NCBI RefSeq assembly: GCF_964355755.1
Contig: NC_092672.1
Location: 2,604,001-2,668,000, forward strand
Source of the DNA: Antedon mediterranea
Lineage: Eukaryota; Animalia; Echinodermata
DNA: 64,000 nt
Reading direction: 5' to 3'
The notes beneath the pieces are model-generated. The model was not told the origin of the DNA. It was given only the letters and a program-made list of their open reading frames with translations, and ran no database searches. Each line of letters starts with the position of its first letter. Position 1 is the stretch's first letter. Both the position numbers and the translations under genes were made by a program. Shown here piece by piece: positions 50,801-56,151 of the stretch.

Positions 50801-52759
50801 TGTTGTGTAAATGAAACATGCCAATGCCAACACACTGTTGAGTACTTGTTGTATGTAACATATATATTATGTTATATAAAGTTTGCGGTAAACAACGTAT
50901 ATTATATATTCTGAAAAAACTGTTGAGTTTCTCGACGTTTCGATCAATTGAGAAATCTTCTCACTCCTGAGGATGATCAAAGCATATTGATCGAAACGTC
51001 GAGAAACTCAATAGTTCGTTTCAGAACTAAGATATGTGGTGTACCGCAAACTTTATAACAACATTTGATTTCGCTATGCAAACCTTAAAAAAATATACAT
51101 CTATTCTGGGAATGTCAGTGGGTGTAAATTGCAGTACAATTCACTTGTTTCCATTCTAACAAATTGATGTGGTACAAAGAATGCATAAATCCTGGAAAAT
51201 CTGCACTGACAAAATAAATAAACTGAGAAAAAATAACAATTTTGTGTATTTTATTTCTAGAAAAGTGTGCGACTTTCAGTTCAGAGTCATCCCTTGAAGA
51301 ACTTGTGGAACATGCTTGCTCCTCCGATTATGGTAATGCAACCCACCTCTTAATCACTGAACCATGACAAGTTTGAACTAGAACACTGAGTGTGACTTTA
51401 TGGGTGTAACTTAACCCAATTTACCAAGTACACTCTTAACAGGAATGAAATTCTATTAAAATAGTATCTTAATCCTACGAACAATTTGAACATTAACATC
51501 TTGCCAATCGCTTGGTATAGGTTGCACATTTCTTACTGTTTCTTTTTTTTATTCATAGTTTATGAAATTACAGTCAAAAGAGTTGAACAGCATGAACATT
51601 GGTACAAATATACTGGAAAAATCACTCCTTTAACTCCTAACCGTAAGTAACATATTCTGAAAAGTCATTTATGGTAGTTTTGAGCTCTATACAATTATAA
51701 AATAAGGGTTGGTATATTGTTGACAAATATACTCATGTGGGAAAACCCTGTAGGCAGTGGTGTAACGGCTATGAGCACTCACTGGCTAAACACAGAGGTC
51801 CCGGAGCTTATGGGCCCAAAGGAGAAAGAGGCATTAAAATAAATCATGAGGCCTCCAGCATTGAGGGCCACTTAGCGTCTCTAAACCAACCTCAGGCCTC
51901 TGTAGTATGCCACTCCCTGTAGACAATACACTATAGATGATATATCGATATATCAATGCTTGTTTATGTCACCCCAGAAATGTCTTGAGGGCTTTAAAAA
52001 CTGTGCATTATATATTATAGTAACATTTCTTTTCTCCATCTTTATAGATGCTGATATCATTAAGAAGGAAGCATCAAGCACGAAACGAACGTTTTGGTTG
52101 AGCAAAGGCTGCAAACATTTAATGAAAAAGAATCGAAAATACTTGGTAATGGGACCTAACAGTATTGTACATAGCAGCAGAGGAGGGAAAACAGAGTAAG
52201 TAATAATATAATTATACTTATTATACTTAAACTTCTTTAGCTTTGAGATTCTCCCAAGCACCTTGTGCATAACATTTAGAGATACGCTGAGAGATTCCTC
52301 ACAAGTCACAATAGAAAATCGTATTAAAATATACATTCTGCATGTCAAGAGAACCATGTGCTCATGGTGTTTGATTCTCTATATCAAAATCTACATACAA
52401 AGGGAAAATAAAGAGCGCTCTGTATTAAATAATAATCACCTTCATTTTTTTTTTTTTGTAACTGGTGGTCACGACTTAAAGTTGTCCGCAACTTATTTTG
52501 ACTTCCATCCGCACATTTTTGTGTTTTTCTTGTTGTAATTTTCTTTTTGCAATTTGTAATTTTTATCTTTTATTTTAAAATGTGTGGTGAAACCAATAAC
52601 ACAAACAAACAAAAACTATTGATATGATTTCTGTTTCTGTCTTTTTCTAGATACCTGCTGGACGGAAATGCACATATTGAATTAATCGCAAAAAGAGAAG
52701 CACTCAAAGGGTCGAATTTCGCACGTCACATATCAGAATCGTGCCAAAAACATGTTTAA
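5650..52759 (+). CDS. C3: Complement C3-like thioester-containing protein, 35 identified coding exons (signal-peptide exon uncertain)
   Basis: Hand-spliced join(5650-5822,21658-21917,22964-23113,26858-26900,28575-28659,29356-29461,30820-31038,31897-32097,32733-32867,33418-33495,35140-35331,35877-36032,36530-36659,37005-37058,37215-37485,38603-38831,39436-39657,40150-40258,40959-41054,41599-41787,42191-42269,42793-42943,43460-43531,44121-44301,44800-45020,47360-47521,47864-47929,48757-48893,49624-49771,50245-50350,50703-50792,51261-51332,51559-51642,52048-52195,52651-52759) = 4924 nt (1 phase base + 1640 codons + stop), all GT-AG and phase-matched. Family motifs: FIQVDKPIY, FTVKEHVLPKF, DLGCGPGGG, RRRR, FPERWLF, DLPYSV, CGEQ, STWLTAF, C-terminal C345C. 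The interchain disulfide Cys pair (NVCENT / ALCVADP) is conserved. Confidence 0.93.
7760..8242. repeat. Degenerate minisatellite (ttcagtccatgtgtgtgaacagag...agctactcatgg)
   Basis: Recurring 40-60 bp units. Confidence 0.75.
9896..10086. mobile_element. Tc1/mariner-pogo-like MITE
   Basis: CAGTA...TACTG termini with TG/TA flanks and internal inverted aggacacc/ggtgtccc motifs. Confidence 0.55.
13361..14627 (+). repeat. Tandem array of about ten ~130-bp units with a tRNA/SINE-like core and oligo-T
   Basis: Unit starts near 13361, 13491, 13621, 13750, 13879, 14009, 14141, 14270, 14398, 14528. Confidence 0.93.
15878..16131 (-). mobile_element. tRNA-derived SINE
   Basis: Minus strand GTGGCGCAGTG (A box) ... 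GGTTCGAATCC (B box), then ccttggcaagacgc core and gcgctatataaat..ttatt tail; homologous to 59698-59992 and a fragment at ~32605-32680. Confidence 0.75.
19420..19872. repeat. ~72-bp tandem repeat, about 6 copies
   Basis: ttctatcagtctaaacaggcccttattaataatcc recurs. Confidence 0.85.
20630..20769. mobile_element. MITE family A, full copy
   Basis: Both TIRs present, TAA/TTA flanks. Confidence 0.85.
21367..21524. mobile_element. Harbinger-like MITE family B
   Basis: TIR AGCTTGGTTCCCACTAG with perfect TAA TSD; related copies 48956-49134, ~41270-41427 and partial ~49850-50060. Confidence 0.85.
21658..21917 (+). CDS. C3: C3-like exon 2/35 (MG1-MG2)
   Basis: ...TFVFIQVDKPIYNPQQNV...; cttcag| and |gtaagt. 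Confidence 0.93.
22964..23113 (+). CDS. C3: C3-like exon 3/35 (MG2)
   Basis: IRIDIINPKG...FPAHPVFGKWSVIVYYGPM; |gtaagt. Confidence 0.92.
23215..23320. repeat. 15-bp tandem repeat (ccaaaatcaatcaat)
   Basis: About 7 copies. Confidence 0.85.
23785..24278. repeat. Degenerate minisatellite (atatttgtct..gcccat / gtctagatgtcctt)
   Basis: Read directly. Confidence 0.8.
24472..24761. mobile_element. TTAA-flanked (Kolobok-like) MITE
   Basis: TTAA on both sides, AG...CT termini. Confidence 0.72.
25401..25573. repeat. 30-bp tandem repeat, about 6 copies, carrying kappaB-like decamers
   Basis: gggaattaccgggatgaaaagagttaaaat units. Confidence 0.9.
26858..26900 (+). CDS. C3: C3-like exon 4/35
   Basis: YRFKTKAHFTVKEH; ttacag| and |gtaagt. 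Confidence 0.88.
27384..27617. mobile_element. TTAA-flanked (Kolobok-like) MITE
   Basis: TTAA on both sides, same TIR and internal sequence. Confidence 0.72.
28575..28659 (+). CDS. C3: C3-like exon 5/35 (MG3)
   Basis: VLPKFNVKISADEYILSSTDKIAVGINAK. Confidence 0.9.
29356..29461 (+). CDS. C3: C3-like exon 6/35 (MG3)
   Basis: KYPYGKSVNGRLSLRVG...; |gtatgt. Confidence 0.88.
30820..31038 (+). CDS. C3: C3-like exon 7/35 (MG3-MG4)
   Basis: ...GKYVYLEARVIEAATG...FFKRGLPFEVK; NAGNAG acceptor, so 30823 is also possible. Confidence 0.9.
31897..32097 (+). CDS. C3: C3-like exon 8/35 (MG4)
   Basis: ADVLLPSGQPV...TNRNGQINFFFTVP; |gtaagt. Confidence 0.9.
32733..32867 (+). CDS. C3: C3-like exon 9/35
   Basis: LTTNDNTL...ARPYESPNENYMLIR; |gtaagt. 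Confidence 0.9.
33418..33495 (+). CDS. C3: C3-like exon 10/35 (MG5)
   Basis: VAVGTELQAQVIL...IIHYM; |gtaagt. Confidence 0.87.
33545..33925. repeat. ~22-bp minisatellite (ttgggccaccatagaagacta)
   Basis: Read directly. Confidence 0.82.
35140..35331 (+). CDS. C3: C3-like exon 11/35 (MG5)
   Basis: VIARNKV...LVPFVRIVAFY...VVADSIILEVENVCENT. Confidence 0.93.
35671..35817. mobile_element. Harbinger-like MITE family C
   Basis: TIR AGCCTG(G/T)TTTCCTGTCGACG, TAA/TTA flanks. Confidence 0.75.
35877..36032 (+). CDS. C3: C3-like exon 12/35 (MG6 beta/LNK)
   Basis: ...STRVGLMAVDKSVYNL...; |gtaagt. Confidence 0.93.
36530..36659 (+). CDS. C3: C3-like exon 13/35 (LNK)
   Basis: FDLGCGPGGGSSTEDVFERAGI. Confidence 0.94.
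36704..36922. mobile_element. MITE family A with an internal SINE-tail-like insertion
   Basis: Both TIRs; insert atcagtcaatcaatc...tatatagcgtc at about 36817-36860. Confidence 0.8.
37005..37058 (+). CDS. C3: C3-like exon 14/35 (RRRR beta/alpha processing site)
   Basis: GLDCPIAASRRRRSIYDD; RRRR at 37031-37042. Confidence 0.94.
37215..37485 (+). CDS. C3: C3-like exon 15/35 (anaphylatoxin domain, alpha'NT)
   Basis: EMCNKG...KSCDD...FYNCC...STRQ...SRTEFPERWLFE; |gtgagt. Confidence 0.93.
37496..37648. mobile_element. MITE family A, reverse orientation
   Basis: Internal sequence is the reverse complement of the type copy; begins 10 bp after an exon donor. Confidence 0.8.
38291..38455. mobile_element. 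Short TIR element of the ACTGCAGTAACT family
   Basis: ATTCTACTGCA...TGCAGTAGAAT termini; relatives at ~1150-1245, ~21962-22110, ~29800-29980, ~58597-58850. Confidence 0.55.
38603..38831 (+). CDS. C3: C3-like exon 16/35 (MG6 alpha/MG7)
   Basis: PGSITTW...LCVADPLEVKVFKPFFMKLDLPYSVISGE. Confidence 0.95.
38870..39155 (-). mobile_element. tRNA-derived SINE, second family
   Basis: Minus strand GTGGCCGAACGGTTAAG ... GGTTCGAATCTC head. Confidence 0.6.
39436..39657 (+). CDS. C3: C3-like exon 17/35 (MG7)
   Basis: VDVFMFGVTGVC...RDSVVRNLKVI. Confidence 0.93.
40150..40258 (+). CDS. C3: C3-like exon 18/35 (CUB)
   Basis: PDGLHHMSTLSLILDPS... Confidence 0.9.
40959..41054 (+). CDS. C3: C3-like exon 19/35 (CUB)
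   Basis: ...ISLPSDVVKGSDTLILKLTG. Confidence 0.9.
41599..41787 (+). CDS. C3: C3-like exon 20/35 (thioester site ACGEQ)
   Basis: LELPTACGEQTLIQFAPHIHALSYLNATGQL; ACGEQ at 41667-41681. Confidence 0.95.
42191..42269 (+). CDS. C3: C3-like exon 21/35 (TED)
   Basis: GYDREMAFFQDDGSYKEWKNSDHSSTW. Confidence 0.93.
42793..42943 (+). CDS. C3: C3-like exon 22/35 (TED, catalytic-residue loop)
   Basis: WLTAF...IHWLMNHQNMDGHFNETYLGRDTV; |gttagt. Confidence 0.92.
42971..43356. repeat. 11-bp tandem repeat (cagtatacata)n, about 35 copies
   Basis: Nearly perfect array filling most of the intron between exons 22 and 23. Confidence 0.95.
43460..43531 (+). CDS. C3: C3-like exon 23/35 (TED)
   Basis: DGLKGKAALTAHVLTTLVKCKHHV. 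Confidence 0.91.
43920..44079. mobile_element. MITE family A, reverse orientation
   Basis: Right TIR intact and followed by TTA. Confidence 0.8.
44121..44301 (+). CDS. C3: C3-like exon 24/35 (TED)
   Basis: SIKKATEYLE...YALAITTYALSLA. Confidence 0.93.
44800..45020 (+). CDS. C3: C3-like exon 25/35 (TED)
   Basis: YHYW...SVKTTGYALLAQ...ADWMVRQQRHLTIGFQSTT. Confidence 0.92.
45198..45492. mobile_element. Harbinger-like MITE family D
   Basis: TIR AGGCCCATTTATACT, GAA/TAA flanks. Confidence 0.7.
45496..45800. mobile_element. TTAA-flanked (Kolobok-like) MITE, about 6 copies in the window
   Basis: TTAA|AGATGTATTGTCCC...GGGACAATACATCT|TTAA. Other copies: 24472-24761, 27384-27617, 28102-~28430, ~50450-50675, ~56191-56480. 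Confidence 0.78.
46664..46810. mobile_element. MITE family A
   Basis: TTA...TTA flanks, both TIRs. Confidence 0.8.
47360..47521 (+). CDS. C3: C3-like exon 26/35 (TED end/CUB)
   Basis: DVQVGMQALAEYA...LNLDVKV...NALVQQQLE. Confidence 0.92.
47864..47929 (+). CDS. C3: C3-like exon 27/35 (CUB)
   Basis: IVDAARKRIVIETNGTGTAQLQ. Confidence 0.9.
48757..48893 (+). CDS. C3: C3-like exon 28/35 (MG8)
   Basis: MSLAYN...PCIFSV...YEVRACAR; |gtgagt. Confidence 0.9.
48956..49134. mobile_element. Harbinger-like MITE family B
   Basis: Same TIR and internal gcaacgcaagg motif as 21367-21524. Confidence 0.82.
49624..49771 (+). CDS. C3: C3-like exon 29/35 (MG8)
   Basis: AMGVLEVQLFSGF...SVLFYLEP. Confidence 0.92.
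50245..50350 (+). CDS. C3: C3-like exon 30/35 (MG8)
   Basis: SCVTFEIEQLFTVVSIQPVTVSMYDYSEP. Confidence 0.93.
50703..50792 (+). CDS. C3: C3-like exon 31/35 (anchor region)
   Basis: DNKCTEFYQP...LLCVNETCQCSD. Confidence 0.93.
50875..51086. mobile_element. Penelope-derived palindromic element
   Basis: Imperfect inverted arms 50875-50948 and 50986-51057 around the hammerhead 5' half; related copy at 57017-57181. Confidence 0.65.
50964..51003 (+). ncRNA. Minimal type-I hammerhead ribozyme motif (Penelope-like element type)
   Basis: ctc-CTGAGGA-t-gatcaa(agcata)ttgatc-GAAA-CG-TC-gag: conserved core, 6-bp stem II, palindromic ACGT stem III, GUC site at 50998-51000, 3-bp stem I. Confidence 0.6.
51261..51332 (+). 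CDS. C3: C3-like exon 32/35 (C345C start)
   Basis: EKCATF...LVEHACSSDY. Confidence 0.9.
51559..51642 (+). CDS. C3: C3-like exon 33/35 (C345C)
   Basis: VYEITVKRVEQHEHWYKYTGKI. Confidence 0.9.
51755..51915. mobile_element. hAT-like MITE
   Basis: CAGTGGTGTA...TATGCCACTC termini with 8-bp TSD CCTGTAGG/CCTGTAGA; 5' part of a relative at 57862-~58000. Confidence 0.75.
52048..52195 (+). CDS. C3: C3-like exon 34/35 (C345C)
   Basis: KRTFWLSKGCKHLMKKNRKYLVMG. Confidence 0.92.
52651..52759 (+). CDS. C3: C3-like exon 35/35 (C345C end, stop)
   Basis: YLLDGNAHIE...FARHISESCQKHV*. Confidence 0.9.
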
Positions 52760-52803
52760 TATATATTTGTCTGGTGCATTTGAAACAACATTTAGACCTT
52801 GAA

Positions 52804-53031
52804 CAGGGCTGGATATAGCACTAGCTCGGAAAACAATTTTCCAAATTGCGCTTCATATTGGGCTCCTGGTTTAATAATAACAGTATAACACCATTTCCTG
52901 CCTACCGACTCTCAAAATCTAATATATAAACCTACTTCTGAAATGTTATAATTAGTTGAGGCTAGTAAAATGGTATGGGCTAGTAAAATGGTGTGTGGGC
53001 AAGTACATGACAAGCATCAAATCCAGCCCTG
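52804..53031. mobile_element. 228-bp TIR element in the presumed C3 3' UTR
   Basis: Perfect 11-bp TIR CAGGGCTGGAT/ATCCAGCCCTG with direct TTGAA on both flanks. Confidence 0.75.
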
Positions 53032-54789
53032 TTGAAAAATGGTTTACATTTTACTGCTTTTTTATTAGATTTTATAAATGGCCGTCCTAAAAAGTAAAGC
53101 GGTATTTCTGAAATTGTGGCCAGCTCTACCAAGAAGGTGACTTGTTCAATGTGATTGAATTCCTTCTCAAATTTTACCAGTGTGTTTTTGATAGCTGTCT
53201 AAATTACTGTAATACAACATTGCTGATTTGTGTGGGGGTAAGGGAAGGGTTTCCTTTTTATGTGGAAGTATTTGCTATATTTTGTATAACATGTAATATA
53301 TATATTTCCACAAAATATAATTACAAAACGTGATATGTTTATGTATATTTTAAAAATCAACAGCTCATTTTGTACACTATAAGTTATCAAAATAATTGTT
53401 ATATTATCATCGAACAATATCTGCTGAAATTTATTTTAAAAAGATGATTTAAGACATTTTTTTTTACATTGGTATAAATGCTATAACATATTATTATTAC
53501 ATATATTTTTAAATAGCAATATAATTTCTAAAATGCAAATGTTGTTTGTTTATTATATTTAACAATCGGTAGAGCTGGCTCCAAACTTTACTAATTTAAA
53601 AAATGTGATATTTATGTCGCGCATTTATTTATAAATTTATTGTGTGCAAATATTTAACTTTCTGCATGAAACTATTATATAAAGTTTTTTCTTCTGTTAT
53701 ATAAAGTTTTTTCTGTTATATATATAGTATTTATCTTTTATTTTTCTTGCTTGGGAGGATAAGAAATGTTTTTTGCTGATGGCATTCGGGTACAGTAATG
53801 GTTAAAAAAAAAGTGGTTGAGGTAGTACATATTATATGGGGGTGTGTAAAATTATGCACAAATCTGGCAAGCTTTATAATGTACTCAATCAACAAAGTAT
53901 ATAAAATATATATATATACATACACCATGACAGGGGTTGGTCCAGCATTGTGTTTAATAGGGGGTGAATATAAGAAGGAACCCTCTAAATCCACACATGC
54001 GATCCCTATCTTTTCAACTTTATTCAATAAATAATATACTTAGAATAATAATACTATTATACATCAATTTATAACTAATATGCACTATTGAGCTTAATCA
54101 ATAACGTACTACATCCAGTGCTCCATGCAACCAATACAGATGCCCTTTCATTGATGTACATACGAAAGGTACTAAGTGAATCGGTACACCACCTACTCAT
54201 CAAGAAAGATGTAGCATGTTTTTTTAAACGCACACCCGCAACAGTGTTCACTGGACCTATGGATTTGACCAACCACGTAGACCAGGGATAGGTTGACTAT
54301 AAGTGATTATGGGTTATTATACAGTACCCCTGCTTGACCATCGACGCTCTTCTTGGTTCCTGGTTTAATCTAAGCTTTGCTATAAGTATGTACATTAGAG
54401 CTGGTAAAACAAATATCGAAGATTAAATGCACAAGACCAACATGTTTATTGTTGACTACAGTTAATTGTTTCTATCCGCAAACTTGTACAGTGAAAAGAG
54501 AGATTATTTTCATCCAAAATATATCATAAAAGGGAATTATTAGTACAGTATTTTTAGTTAAAGTTTGTATTTGTAACTGTTTTTATTTACAATGTGTAAA
54601 AAAAGGACATGAGATTAATATAATTAAAAAAATAAAAAGACTATGATATTGTGTTTTTTTTTTTACATTTATTGTAAAAATTAGCCTGAAATTTTCATCA
54701 ACTATTCATTAAGTTCATCATTTAAAAAAGTAGAAAACAAAAAGATTTATTCGATGTTGTATGATACAGTATATACTTTTAATAACATT

Positions 54790-55345
54790 TTAATTATCTT
54801 TTCTCGCTGTTTTTGCGGGGGAGGGGGAGGCGAGGGTGGATTTTGGTCGATGACCGGTGAGGGCGTCAGCTTTCTACGGTTGTATCAACCATTTTGTTTA
54901 CAATGTGAAAAAAATAGTAAGCATACATTTTATTAATTTCTTGTCATGTTCAACATTGAAAGAAACATTACATTACAATTCCAGTTGAAGTATTGTGATT
55001 TCTCTTTAAGCTGAAAACAGTTAATTCATTTTAAGCCAAGCCATTTTACAATAATTAAAAGTTTAGGCTAGCCCTACCTATAATAAGCGGGTAGCCTAAT
55101 AAGCTAGGCCTATAGGCTTGGTTGATTGGTTTAGGTTAGGCCAAGCTATCCTAGTAGGCTATATGATAGCAGATAAGCTAGGCCTAGCATAGGGCCTAGT
55201 TAGTACCCCGACCACTTGACAGTACAGTAACTTACTATCTGGGCCTAGTAGTAGAGCCTACCTAGCTAGGAGTACTGTACTAACTATAGGCTAGAGTAGT
55301 TTACTAGCTACAGACTCAGAAGTCAGAGGCTAGCTAGGCTATTCT
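54790..55345 (+). promoter_or_regulatory. Probable promoter, non-coding first exon and first-intron region of the ZnF gene
   Basis: Local GC/CpG-rich patch 54803-54880 with a possible donor ccg|gtgagg, then a cluster of TAGGCCTA/CTAG motifs before the acceptor at 55421. Confidence 0.4.
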
Positions 55346-55439
55346 TTTTCCATCATCATATTCATATCTGTATGTATGTGCTATATAATAATAAGTCTTT
55401 TTTTTATTCATAAATTTGTAGATACCTTTTCATACAGTA

Positions 55440-56151
55440 ATGGACTCGTTTAGTCAACAGCCTAAAACAGAAGATTTCACTACTGACATCCATGTCAATG
55501 AACCACTTGGAGATGTAGAATTGGTAGCTCCTTCTGTCAGTGCTGCTAACATGACAGAAGGACATGGAGAGATCAAACACACTCCTAATGAAGACTTTAC
55601 CCCAGACCATCCCGAAGCCAAACATAACTATTCTCCACTCAACACCATGGAAGAGAAGCCAACAGATATTCATCCAGGAGATTTCACTACCGAAATAAAT
55701 ATTGGTGAAAATCAGGTCAAAATACCAGGCATTCTGGATGCTCCGTCTGAGGACAATTTTTCTGCGGAAATCAGTATGCAGCAAATACAGGTTCCTCCCG
55801 AGGAAGACTTTACTGCTGATGTCTGCATAGATGAACAGCTGTTAAAAAGTCAAGCAGTCGATAAGAATCCTCCACCAACAGCAGCACCAAACCTGCTGCC
55901 AGAACCATCATCAAACCTGCTGCCAGAACCATTACCAAACCTGCTGCCAGAACCACCATTGAGCCTGGTGCCAGAACTACCACATGCTGTAATGACAGAG
56001 ACGTCGCTGGATACTCCACACACCAAGCAAGTGGATATGATCGAATGTTCCTTGTGTCATTGCCGCTTGGAGTCTATACTCTGCGCTAAAGATCATTATG
56101 AAGGTCGACGGCATCAGAAGACTTTTATGGCAGCCATCAAAGCAAGACATG
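55440..56151 (+). CDS. ZnF gene coding exon 1 (acidic repeats, finger 1)
   Basis: Acceptor tttgtag| at 55421, ATG 55440, donor G|gttatt. Confidence 0.82.

Noticed and set aside
5650-52759. Alpha-2-macroglobulin, CD109/insect TEP, C4 or C5 identity
   Set aside because: Anaphylatoxin and C345C domains exclude A2M/CD109/iTEP. No alpha-gamma site argues against C4, and the retained Cys/Gln argues against C5. Exact orthology still needs a tree.
54075-54291. Overlapping 65-67 aa ORFs between the two genes
   Set aside because: Non-ATG starts, no recognisable motif and no clear splice signals.
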